A stretch of DNA of 64,000 nucleotides from Oscillospiraceae bacterium (GCA_015065065.1 SVQX01000004.1:9203-73202); one strand, 5' to 3'. Numbered from the stretch's first letter, positions 38,074 through 47,600 are shown. A program made the numbers and translations. Notes: generated from the letters alone by a model not told the origin.

Positions 38074-40533
38074 ATGCCACAGACACTCTCCGAAAGATAC
38101 TTAAAAGCCAAAAAAGCCTTGTTTGACAAGGCTTATTCAAGCCTTAACCCAAAGCAAAGAGAAGCGGTATTCACTATAAACACACCGCTGCTCATTCTTG
38201 CGGGCGCGGGAAGCGGAAAGACCACGGTGCTTGTCAAGCGCATAGCTTACATAATCAAATACGGCAACGCCTACGCCGCCGATATTATTCCTCGCGGACT
38301 TACCGAGGAGCGTGTTGCGGCACTTGAAGGCGCGTGTTCACTGTCGCGCGAGGAGATCGAGGGTATCCTCCCCGAATTCATCACCGAGCCGTGTCCGCCC
38401 TACAATATTCTTGCCATAACCTTTACCAACAAGGCGGCAAAGGAGATAAAGACCCGCCTTGCGTCCGAGCTTGGTGACGAGATAATGGCGGCTGATATAT
38501 GGAGCGGCACGTTTCATTCGGTTTGCATGCGCATTTTGCGAGTCCACGGAGAAAAGCTGGGCTTTGGCAGGGAATTTACCATCTACGATGCCGACGACAC
38601 CAAAAAAGCGGTAACGGCGGCAATGAAGCGGTGTAATATCGACGAAAAGCAGTTTCCTGTCAAGAGCATAGTCAATGCTATCAGCCACGCAAAGGACGAG
38701 CTGATTACGCCAATGGCATTTGCGCGAATGGCGCAGGGGGATTTCCGCCGTGAAAAGATAGCTAAGGTCTATGCCGCGTATCAGGAGGATATGATACGCT
38801 CAAACGCTATGGATTTTGACGATATTATCGTCAATACCGTGCGCCTTTTCTCGGAGTACCCGGACGTTCTTTCGTACTATCAGAAAAAATTCAAATACGT
38901 CTGCGTTGACGAATATCAGGATACCAATATTGCGCAGTTCCGCCTGACCGAGATGCTTGCGGGCGGTCACGATTATATCATGGCGGTTGGTGACGACGAC
39001 CAGAGTATTTATAAATTCCGCGGTGCGACGATAGAGAACATTCTGCAGTTTGATAAGGTGTATTCGGACGCCCAGGTCATAAAGCTGGAGCAGAACTATC
39101 GCTCAACGCAGAATATTCTCGATGCGGCGAATAAGGTTATTGCCAATAACGTGGGACGCCGCGGCAAGAACCTGTGGACGGACAGCGGAGCAGGCGAGGC
39201 TATAACCGTCTGTAAAACGGAGGATCAGCTCGGCGAGTCGCGATTTATCGTTGATACGGTTAACTCACTGATGGCAAGAGGTGGATACAGCTACCGCGAT
39301 TTTGCTGTGCTTTACCGTACCAATTCACAGTCGGGAAGCGTGGAGAAGGCATTTGCCAAGGGCGGCGTGCCGTACCGCATGATAGCGGGCACGCGCTTTA
39401 ACGACCGCAAGGAAATACGCGATATCGTGGCGTATCTCCAGCTCATCAATAACCGCGCCGACCGCGAGAGACTGTTGCGTATCATCAACGTCCCCGCGAG
39501 AAAAATAGGCGACAAGACCATTGAGGCGATAAAGATAATTGCCGACGAGATAGGGGAGTCACTCTTTTACGTTATCGACCACGTGGAAAGATACGGCGCG
39601 CTCGCCCGCAGTGCGGCGACCCTCCGTGCCTTTGCCGATCTCATAAACGAGCTTGCGGAGCTGGCAAAAACGGCACCTCTCGGCGACCTGTTTGACGCGC
39701 TTGCGGACAAGTCGGGATATATGCGTATGCTTGAGGAGGGCGGAGAAGCCGAGAAGGAAAGAATAGATAATATTCTCGAATTCAAGTCGGGCATGGTGGA
39801 GTATTCCGAGAATACCGATGAGCCGACACTCACGGGCTTCCTTGAGGAAAACGCGCTCGTTGCGGACGTGGATAAATACGACGAAAGCGCAGATGCGGTG
39901 GTGCTGATGACGGTACACAGTGCAAAGGGACTTGAATTTCCCGTGGTATTCATACCCGGTATGGAGGACGGAATTTTCCCCGGTATGCAAAATATAATGG
40001 GGGATTCCGAGGATATGGAGGAGGAGCGCAGGCTTGCCTACGTTGCTCTGACGAGAGCCAAGCGCAAGGTGTATATAATTCACGCAAAATCAAGGCTTTG
40101 GTACGGTCATACGGTGTATAATCCCGTGTCGCGCTTTGTCAGCGAGATACCCGAAAAGCTTTGCGACGTAGTGGATAAGACCGCTTCGTCATGGCGCAAG
40201 GGTGGCATGTATGGCGGAAGCGGCACGTCAGCTCCGCGTACCTATTACAGCGCGGGCAGCGGTGCGTCGGCTTATCCTCCCAAAAAGACGGGCGTGGGGA
40301 ACGGTGACAGGATAACCGTCGGAAGACCGTTGAACGTACCATCGTCAAATAAAGATACGCGAGAGCAAATGCTCGCACTCAAAGCAGGAGACCGAGTATC
40401 GCACATCACCTTTGGAGAAGGCGAGATACTCTCCGCCAAGCGAATGGGGAATGATACTCTCTTTGAGGTAGCGTTTGACCGCGCGGGTACTAAAAAGCTG
40501 ATGGGAACGTACGCGAAGCTGAAGAAAATATAA
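38074..40533 (+). CDS. pcrA: ATP-dependent DNA helicase PcrA (UvrD family)
   Basis: Helicase motifs AGAGSGKT, DEYQDTN, TVHSAKGLEF and LAYVALTRAK are present. The start is at MPQTLSERY after GAAAGGAAAA. Confidence 0.92.
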   Translation: MPQTLSERYLKAKKALFDKAYSSLNPKQREAVFTINTPLLILAGAGSGKTTVLVKRIAYIIKYGNAYAADIIPRGLTEERVAALEGACSLSREEIEGILPEFITEPCPPYNILAITFTNKAAKEIKTRLASELGDEIMAADIWSGTFHSVCMRILRVHGEKLGFGREFTIYDADDTKKAVTAAMKRCNIDEKQFPVKSIVNAISHAKDELITPMAFARMAQGDFRREKIAKVYAAYQEDMIRSNAMDFDDIIVNTVRLFSEYPDVLSYYQKKFKYVCVDEYQDTNIAQFRLTEMLAGGHDYIMAVGDDDQSIYKFRGATIENILQFDKVYSDAQVIKLEQNYRSTQNILDAANKVIANNVGRRGKNLWTDSGAGEAITVCKTEDQLGESRFIVDTVNSLMARGGYSYRDFAVLYRTNSQSGSVEKAFAKGGVPYRMIAGTRFNDRKEIRDIVAYLQLINNRADRERLLRIINVPARKIGDKTIEAIKIIADEIGESLFYVIDHVERYGALARSAATLRAFADLINELAELAKTAPLGDLFDALADKSGYMRMLEEGGEAEKERIDNILEFKSGMVEYSENTDEPTLTGFLEENALVADVDKYDESADAVVLMTVHSAKGLEFPVVFIPGMEDGIFPGMQNIMGDSEDMEEERRLAYVALTRAKRKVYIIHAKSRLWYGHTVYNPVSRFVSEIPEKLCDVVDKTASSWRKGGMYGGSGTSAPRTYYSAGSGASAYPPKKTGVGNGDRITVGRPLNVPSSNKDTREQMLALKAGDRVSHITFGEGEILSAKRMGNDTLFEVAFDRAGTKKLMGTYAKLKKI

Positions 40534-40541
40534 AATTTATT

Positions 40542-40579
40542 AAGGGAGAAAACCCACGGTTTTCCCCCTTAATTTTTTT
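40542..40579 (+). terminator. pcrA terminator (hairpin T1)
   Basis: The stem aagggagaaaacc/ggttttccccctt is followed by aattttttt. Confidence 0.8.
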
Positions 40580-40600
40580 GTAAATACCCAAAAAATCTTT

Positions 40601-40808
40601 TCTGCGACCTGTCGGTATAATTTGTCACAGCGTTTGTGTAATGGCTTTCTGCCACGAACCAAGCCCAAGGTGGGTGGGATTCCAAAGGGAGGGAGGAATT
40701 GAGGCGGCAGACCTCAAATTTGAGCTTGCCGAAAATTTGAGGTCAACGACTCATCCTCCCAACCTTTGGTTACTCTTTGGTTACTTTCTGTTAAGACAGA
40801 AAGTAACA
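40601..40808. repeat. Direct repeat unit, copy A (208 nt) with a foldable core and terminal hairpin
   Basis: It aligns by eye with 41162-41369. The details are given in the findings. Confidence 0.85.
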
Positions 40809-40830
40809 TAAATTCCGTAATTGTTTTTTA

Positions 40831-40867
40831 TGTTACTTCTGTATCGTCAGAAGTAACCAAGATCGAC
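40831..40867. repeat. Inverted repeat, left arm (37 nt, perfect)
   Basis: The sequence tgttacttctgtatcgtcagaagtaaccaagatcgac is the exact reverse complement of 41333-41369. Confidence 0.95.
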
Positions 40868-40900
40868 TTAAGAGAGGAAACCCACGGTTTCCTCTCTTAA
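40868..40900. repeat. Hairpin T2, a diverged copy of the pcrA terminator hairpin without a T-run
   Basis: It has a perfect 13-bp stem aagagaggaaacc/ggtttcctctctt with the same cccacgg loop context as T1. Confidence 0.85.
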
Positions 40901-40923
40901 GAAACTCACCTTCCTACACGCGC

Positions 40924-40952
40924 CGCCTTGCCGCAAGTCTGCGGACAAGGCG
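40924..40952. other. Stable GC-rich hairpin
   Basis: The arms are cgccttgccgca / tgcggacaaggcg (12 bp with a one-nt bulge) around the loop agtc. Confidence 0.7.
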
Positions 40953-40987
40953 TGATTGCGCGCCAAGGTTGCAATACATCCATCTCG

Positions 40988-41018
40988 CCAAGTTTCCGTC
41001 GGAGCGACGGAAACTTGG
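40988..41018. other. Stable hairpin, 13-bp perfect stem
   Basis: The arms are ccaagtttccgtc / gacggaaacttgg around the loop ggagc. Confidence 0.75.
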
Positions 41019-41161
41019 TCGGTTAGAGTACGCCTTGCGCAGAAAGTGTTTTTATGGTCATTTAAAAATTGAAAATTAAATTTACCGGGGAAAATTTCAA
41101 ATCTTTTTCGGCGTTGCTCCCCCAATAAATCACCGCTACATCTGGCGTGTCTGATTTCCAA

Positions 41162-41369
41162 TTTGCGACCTTTTGGTAATGATTTGTAAGAACGTTTGTG
41201 TGATGGCTTTCCGCGCACCAACCCAACCCCAAGGTGGGAGGGATTCCAAAGGGAGAGAGGAATTGAGGCGGCAGACCCCAAATTTGAGCTTGCCGAAAAT
41301 TTGAGGTCAACGACTCATCCCCCCAACCTTTGGTCGATCTTGGTTACTTCTGACGATACAGAAGTAACA
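41162..41369. repeat. Direct repeat unit, copy B (208 nt)
   Basis: It has the same order and orientation as copy A. Its last 37 nt form the right arm of the inverted repeat. Confidence 0.85.
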
Positions 41370-41417
41370 GAAAACAACAATTATGCTACATTTGTTCACA
41401 GAATGTTAATGCTTATA

Positions 41418-41426
41418 TGCTACAAT
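41418..41426 (+). promoter_or_regulatory. Possible extended -10 promoter element for ogg
   Basis: The sequence is TGcTACAAT. No convincing -35 is present. Confidence 0.35.
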
Positions 41427-41477
41427 TACGCTGTACACGCGGGGCGTAGCTCCGAATTTGAAAACGGGGAGAATACT

Positions 41478-42284
41478 GTGAGCCTTCTTACACTTGAAAA
41501 TAAAATGCACACGATTTGCGGTGTTCGGCATTTCAGCCTTGATAAAATAACCCGAAGCGGACAGGTTTTCCGTTGGTATGCAAAGGGAAACGGCGAATTT
41601 CTCATCTATTCCGGCCAAAGATGTATCACGGCAACTCAAAGCGGTGACTGCCTTACCGTTTCTGCCGACAAAAATGAGTTTGACGAATATTGGAAGCACT
41701 ATTTCGCGCTTGACGAGGACTACGGTTCCTATTTTAACGGTGTCACGTCGGGGAATGATACATACGCCGCCGAGTGCGCGCGTGTGTCCGACGGCATACG
41801 CATCCTTAATCAGGACCTCTTTGAAACTATGGTATCCTTCGTCATATCTCAAAATAATAATATCCCGCGTATTCGCGGATGTATCGAGCGCATCGTCGCT
41901 CAAAACGGCGGAGCTTTTCCCACCGCGGACGAGCTTTTATCCCTTGACCTGTCGGGCTGCGGACTCGGCTACCGCGAAAGCCGCGGATATATGAGAGCGG
42001 TAGGTGCGGCTTACAGCTCCGAATTTGAAAGCTACATACGCTCGCTTGATTACAATGGAGCAAAAGCGGAGCTGCTCAAGATCAAGGGAATAGGCAATAA
42101 GGTCGCCGACTGTATATGCCTTTTCGCCTTGGGACATAAGGACGCCTTCCCGCGTGATACTCATATCAATGACATAATCGACAGGGAATACGGCGGTGTG
42201 GATCCGTCGGGACGCTGGCAGGGCTACGCCGGAATCGTACAGCAGTGGATATTTTTTGACGAGCTTTTGCGCACGGGACGTTGA
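41478..42284 (+). CDS. ogg: 8-oxoguanine DNA glycosylase / AP lyase (Ogg, HhH-GPD family)
   Basis: It has a GQVFRW N-terminal motif, an HhH-GPD region LKIKGIGNKVADCICLFAL with the catalytic Lys, and PRDTHI. I chose the GTG at 41478, which lies 6 nt after GGGGAG. An alternative start is ATG 41505. Confidence 0.8.
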   Translation: MSLLTLENKMHTICGVRHFSLDKITRSGQVFRWYAKGNGEFLIYSGQRCITATQSGDCLTVSADKNEFDEYWKHYFALDEDYGSYFNGVTSGNDTYAAECARVSDGIRILNQDLFETMVSFVISQNNNIPRIRGCIERIVAQNGGAFPTADELLSLDLSGCGLGYRESRGYMRAVGAAYSSEFESYIRSLDYNGAKAELLKIKGIGNKVADCICLFALGHKDAFPRDTHINDIIDREYGGVDPSGRWQGYAGIVQQWIFFDELLRTGR

Positions 42285-42371
42285 ATTTCATGTTAAAGTA
42301 AATAAAAAAACCATCAGACGGTGAAAAACCTTGCGCAACCGTCCAAAATATGAAAAAATAACACTTTCGGC

Positions 42372-42400
42372 TTGATTTCGGCAGAATAATGTGCTACAAT
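42372..42400 (+). promoter_or_regulatory. Sigma-A type promoter
   Basis: It has TTGATT, a 17-nt spacer and TGcTACAAT. Confidence 0.6.
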
Positions 42401-42440
42401 AAATATACTGAACCGCGAAAGCGGCGGAATGGAGTTTTGT

Positions 42441-43295
42441 ATGAACTTTTTGGCAATACTTATTGACCTTCTCGCAATAGTCATAGGCGTTAGCTTCGGC
42501 ACGATCTGGCGGGGTAAGCTTTCCGTGGCGTACCAGCGAGTCGTGCTTGTTGCGTGCGGACTCGTGGCGACAGTCGTGGGACTGTTCGGAATATACGACA
42601 GCCTGTTTGTTTTCTCCGAGGAAAAATTTGAGATCGACGGCTCTATGCTCATAGTATTCGCGCTTGTCACAGGTACGGTGCTGGGCGGCGGCTTCGGAGT
42701 GTCAAAGCTGTTCGCATTTTTAGGCGCGCATATCGGAAAATTCGTTGCCAAGGAAGAAAAAAAGGAATATTTCCGCGCACAAAGACTCGCGCAGAGCAAA
42801 AAATCCAAGGATGGCAAAAAGCATCTTTACGATCTTCCCACTTACGATATCGCTCCCACGCGCTTTGAGAACAGACACGTCGAGGGCTTCGTTGTGTCCG
42901 CTATGATACTGACCTTCGGCTTTCTCGCAATTACAGCACCTTATCAGTCGGGGGCACGGATATCCGAAACGCCTTTCTATATCAAGGCGGGACTCGGTGC
43001 TGTGCTTTCCTTCGCACTATCTATGGTGTACGGTGCCTCGGTGTATTTCGCTGCAATTCCCGTGGCACTTTGCGATGTGATCACTACCATATTCGTAGTT
43101 ACGTCCGATCTGACCGCAGACACACCCGTGTGGGGACAGACCGCTGTCATCTGCTCGGTGATAATGCTTGCGGCGGGCTTATGCCTTGCCTTCGGCAAGA
43201 AATTCAAGGTGGAAAATATGATCCCCGCGATCTTTATTCCGCCGATATATTACGGTGTTATTGACCTTGCTATGAAAATTGCAGGCGAGGGATAA
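42441..43295 (+). CDS. DUF554-like membrane protein with a charged internal loop
   Basis: The N-terminus (NFLAILIDLLAIVIGVSFG...) and topology resemble the DUF554 family. This is from memory and not verified. Confidence 0.55.
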   Translation: MNFLAILIDLLAIVIGVSFGTIWRGKLSVAYQRVVLVACGLVATVVGLFGIYDSLFVFSEEKFEIDGSMLIVFALVTGTVLGGGFGVSKLFAFLGAHIGKFVAKEEKKEYFRAQRLAQSKKSKDGKKHLYDLPTYDIAPTRFENRHVEGFVVSAMILTFGFLAITAPYQSGARISETPFYIKAGLGAVLSFALSMVYGASVYFAAIPVALCDVITTIFVVTSDLTADTPVWGQTAVICSVIMLAAGLCLAFGKKFKVENMIPAIFIPPIYYGVIDLAMKIAGEG

Positions 43296-43329
43296 ATATT
43301 TTTTACAAAGAAAGAAGGACTTAGACACA

Positions 43330-44514
43330 ATGGCAAAGGGTAAGTACAGACAAAAGCGTGAGGAGGAGCAAGCGGTGCTTAAGGCTCAGAGAAAGGGCGC
43401 GGCTTGGGCTACGGTGAAAAAGTATCTTAACAGATATTTTATTGACGCTATGGGCTCAATGGCACTTGGACTTTTCGCGTCCCTGCTTATCGGAACTATT
43501 TTTGATACGGTCGCAAAATATACGGGACTTGAATTCCTGTCCGTGATCGCCGCTTACGCGAAGAGCGCGACCGGAATGGCTCTCGGCGTTGCGATATCCT
43601 ACCGCCTTGGCGCGCATCCTCTGGTAATGTTCTCCTGTGCGGCGGTCGGTGCTATGTCAAACGCGATGGGCGCTATTATGAACGGCGGTACTATAACCGC
43701 ATGGGCAGTTACAGCTGGCACGGGCGAGGGGATATTCTACAGCGCAGGTCCTGCAGGCGCGTTTTTTGCAGTTATCATTGCAAGCGAGATAGGTATGCTG
43801 GTGTCTAAAAAGACCAAGGTGGATATACTCGTTACACCCGTCGTTACCTTGCTTGTCGGCTTTGGAGCTTCGTGGCTGCTTTGCCCCGTGGTTTCTTACA
43901 TAATGTATTATCTCGGCGTGTTCATCGCAACCGCTACGACCTTCCAGCCGCTCCTTATGGGTATCGTTATTTCGGTAGTCGTAGGTGTGGTTCTCACGCT
44001 TCCTATATCCAGCGCGGCAATATGCGCTATGATATTCTCGGCATCCGCGCTTGAGGCGGCGACCGCCAACGGCACGGCAGAGGGACTTTTGCTCGCGGGC
44101 GGTGCGGCTGTTGCAGGCTGCTGCGCGCAGATGGTAGGCTTTGCGGTGAGCAGCTTCCGCGAAAACAAATGGGGAGGCATCATATCGCAGGGACTTGGTA
44201 CTTCAATGCTCCAAATGGGCAATATTTGCCGCAAGCCGATAATCTGGTTGCCTCCGACACTTGCCTCCGCTATAACGGGTCCAATTTCCACTATGGTGTT
44301 TAAGCTTGAATGCAGCGGCGTTTCCGCAGGTATGGGAACGTGCGGACTCGTAGGACCTATCGGCGTTATCTCACAGATGGAGCATACTCCTACTATGTGG
44401 ATAGGCGTTGTGCTTTGCTGCCTTGTTCTGCCCGCCGTGCTGTCGCTTGCTTTCAGCGAGATCATGAGACGGCTTGGCTGGATCAGTCAGGGAGACATGA
44501 AGCTTGAAAATTAA
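43330..44514 (+). CDS. PTS EIIC-like membrane protein (PTS_EIIC_2 family)
   Basis: The N-terminus YLNRYFIDAMGSMALGLFASLLIGTIF is typical of proteins annotated PTS sugar transporter subunit IIC. No EIIA, EIIB or HPr gene is nearby. Confidence 0.55.
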   Translation: MAKGKYRQKREEEQAVLKAQRKGAAWATVKKYLNRYFIDAMGSMALGLFASLLIGTIFDTVAKYTGLEFLSVIAAYAKSATGMALGVAISYRLGAHPLVMFSCAAVGAMSNAMGAIMNGGTITAWAVTAGTGEGIFYSAGPAGAFFAVIIASEIGMLVSKKTKVDILVTPVVTLLVGFGASWLLCPVVSYIMYYLGVFIATATTFQPLLMGIVISVVVGVVLTLPISSAAICAMIFSASALEAATANGTAEGLLLAGGAAVAGCCAQMVGFAVSSFRENKWGGIISQGLGTSMLQMGNICRKPIIWLPPTLASAITGPISTMVFKLECSGVSAGMGTCGLVGPIGVISQMEHTPTMWIGVVLCCLVLPAVLSLAFSEIMRRLGWISQGDMKLEN

Positions 44515-44520
44515 TATTAT

Positions 44521-44556
44521 CGGGTTGTTCAAAAAAGTTTGGACAACCCGATTTTT
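44521..44556 (+). terminator. Terminator after the EIIC-like gene
   Basis: The stem cgggttgt/acaacccg is followed by attttt. Confidence 0.7.
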
Positions 44557-44569
44557 AACGTCATCAGCC

Positions 44570-44598
44570 TTGACAAAGGGAAGCGGATATTGTATAAT
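44570..44598 (+). promoter_or_regulatory. Consensus sigma-A promoter of the surface-protein gene
   Basis: It has TTGACA (44570-75), a 17-nt spacer and TATAAT (44593-98). Confidence 0.8.
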
Positions 44599-44631
44599 AT
44601 AGAAAAGATTTTACAATGGAGAAATATTGCT

Positions 44632-47600
44632 ATGCGTATGAGGCTTGAGGGGGGAAGATTACTGTCGCTTATTCTGTGCCTCCTTATAATATTTTCCTCA
44701 TTTCCCGCGGCGTCGGCTTCCACGAATGAAGCAGACGGCGCGGCTGACGTGTTGCATACGGTCTATCCGTCACAGCTCCTTGAGCAGTTAGTGGGCGAGG
44801 TGTCGGATGCCGAAGCCAATTTCGTTGACGGCGAAATGGATGCGGCTCTTATCTCCAAATTTACGGTAAAATATAACGAGGCGGCATTGCTTGAAGCCCT
44901 TGACGTGCAGGTGGTTGAGTCGGAAGAGGAAATAACCGTCAGCATCACAGCGCAAGATAAGGAGCTGAACGGACTTTGCTGGATGCCTGTTTCCGCCCGC
45001 GTTTCGATCGGAAATACGGAGGCTGAGGTCACGCTTGACGGAGGCAGAGGGGAGGCAGTGCTTCCACGGGCGGAGGACCAATTTGCGGTAACGGCATCCG
45101 TTGACTATCAGGCGAGTGTGGCTTATACGCACGAGGATGCCGAGGCACTTGCAAACGCGGCTTACAGTGCAGGCAAGGCGGCTGCCGCAGCTCTCGCGCA
45201 GTACGAGAGCGACCTTGCGGAGTATAACGAAAAGCAGGCGGCTTATGAAAAGTATCTCTCTGCGCTCGAAATATACGAGAGCGAGATGAAAAAATACAAC
45301 GCTTACCTTGAGTCGGTGAAGCAATATAACGCCGAGCTCGAAAAATACGAGGCATACCTTGTGTCCCTTGAGACATATCAGACAAAGCTTGCCGAATATC
45401 AGCTTTACCTTGCCGAGTACGACAAATATAAGGCTGCATACGACGAGTATCTTGACTTCCTCGCCAATCCCGAAAAGTACGAGAATTCGTATAAGTCCTA
45501 TCTTGAATATTGCGAAAAGCAGGAGCTGATAGCAAAGCAGATTGCAAATCTTGAGACTATTTTCGCTATGGATGTGGAAGGTAATATACTTTATATTACG
45601 CTTATTGAGGATAATGTCGCGGCGGTAATAAAAAATAAAGACGCTCTTGTTTCTACGGGATGTGATGAGCAGGAGGTGAATAATGCCGACCGTGCTACCA
45701 AGGCACTGCAAATGCTGTTTACGGGCTACGCGGAGCTTCGAAGCGCACAATCTCAAGCCAAATATGAATACTATATCGCGAATTACACTAAAATTCGGGA
45801 TAATGTTACTCAGCTGTACACAAGCCTTTCCAACCTATATACCAACGACGCCGTTCCGAGTATTCTTGAAGCGAAGGGCAAGCTGAGAAGATACTGGCAG
45901 TTCGTAGGTCAGCTTTACGTTTTGCACTGTGCGCTTGATGACAGCGTAACCTTCAATCCCAATTGGAATATCGCAGGAGGATATCCCCGACAGCTGCTTG
46001 ACCCCTTGCAGATACCCGAGGACACCAATTGCGCCGCTCCGCTTGATGCATACCCGAAGGAAATGAGTGAGGTCAAAAATCCCGCGCAGATACAAAAGCC
46101 CACGCCTCCAACAGAGATAAAAAAGCCGATAGCGCCGATAGCGGTGAATCAGCCTACAAAGCCCGTCGAGGTGATAAAGCCAAACTATCCAACCGCAGCG
46201 GAATATCCGGGTGAAAAACCGACCGCTCCCATATTTTCTGCGGCAGTGTCGGCTTTTGCGAAAGCCGTGCAGAGCGGAGAATTGAAGAAAAGGACTGTCG
46301 CGGTTGATAATATTTCCGCTATCGACGCCGTCGCCCAGTGCGCCGTGTCCCTTGACGGATACGTTGCCGTGGGCTTTTATGAAGCGGGAAGCGCGTCGCT
46401 GTCTTTTGTAAAATGCGTAAGCAGTGGGGAGGCTCTTGCCTTGCCACAACCGCAAGAAAGCATATTCTCGGATAGGGAATATACGTATACCTTTGATGCG
46501 TGGCTGATGCCTGACGGTGCGAGGGCTGACGGCGAAATGACGCTTGACAGTGACATTTGCCTTCATGCTGCATATACGCGCGGAACGCGGCTATATACCG
46601 TAACCTGGCATATAGGGGACGGGAGCATCACCTCGTATCACGCTTACGGCGAGCTACCGATATTTGACGGAGAATTACCCATACCCGACAGCGCCGAGTT
46701 CAATTATTCCTTTGCGGGATGGGAGCCGTCGCCCGTATCCGTTACGGCTGATGCGGAGTATACCGCACAGCTTACTGCAACCACGAAAAAATACGCTGTA
46801 ACGTGGAGGGTTGGCGAAAAAAGCTATAAACAGACGTATTTATACGGACAAACACCGTCTTTTTCGGACACCGATGTGCTTGCGGAGGAAGCCGAAAGGC
46901 TGAGCGATGTGTCGGGCGGAAAGTATATCTACCGCTTTGTCGGATGGGATAAAAAGATAAGTGCCGTGTCCGTCAATGTCACATATACCGCAGTGTATGC
47001 ATCGGTGGACGTAATTCCCGACTTGAGCGAGGGAATGGAGGTCAGCATTTCCACCGATAAGACTACCGTTTACGTCGATATAATATCTGATGCCGACGGG
47101 CTTGCCGCTCAGCTTGATATCTCCTATGTGCTTGACAGGGCTAAGGGAAAATCGCTTGTTATTCGCCTTGACGGAGTCACGCTTTGCTTTGCGAGTGATG
47201 ATGTGACGAATATCAGACGGGCAACGGGAAAGTATCTGAAGGTGGCGCACGGCAAAAACAGTATTTGCATCGACGTTCTTAATATTTTCGAAATTTCCCT
47301 CGGCTCTTATGTCAGTGCGACTGCAATCTTTGATGACGGCGATGCTGACGGCGAGCCTATGCTGCTCCGTGACGGCGAGCCGTATGAATTTGTATTGACG
47401 AAGGAAGGCGTTTGCTTTACCGTGAAGCCGGGCAAGTGCTATGAGCTTTATCACGGATTTTCAATAAGTATTGACGAGGCGGAGGGGGGCGAATGTGTCC
47501 TTCTGTCCGATTCCTTTGCCGCGGCAGGGGATAAAATCGAGCTTGAGCTGCTTGCACGCCGCGGTTATTCGATAGGAGAGCTTGCGGTCATTACCCCCGA

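Noticed and set aside
40641-40811. A 56-codon ORF in repeat copy A (MAFCHEPSPRWVGFQREGG...) has a homologous open frame in copy B.
   Set aside because: No RBS precedes the ATG. The copies differ by a 2-nt indel upstream, so the start and frame are not shared. Three of the four core substitutions are non-synonymous. The open frame is more likely a by-product of composition.
41196-41477. The listed 362-aa ORF starts at 41196 inside repeat copy B, which would give Ogg a 94-residue N-terminal extension.
   Set aside because: The extension is a translation of the repeat and hairpin DNA and resembles no glycosylase sequence. The conserved Ogg N-terminus (GQVFRW region) begins just after a GTG at 41478, which has a GGGGAG RBS, and a promoter-like TGcTACAAT lies at 41418-26.
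40534-41477. The repeat-rich gap might be a CRISPR array, a tRNA or other known RNA gene, or a T-box (ggtgggtggg resembles part of a T-box).
   Set aside because: There is no regular repeat-spacer periodicity, only two long units plus unrelated hairpins. I see no cloverleaf with a T-loop GTTCRANYC. The T-box consensus GGTGGTACCGCG and a specifier-loop architecture are absent, and the downstream gene is not an aminoacyl-tRNA-related gene.
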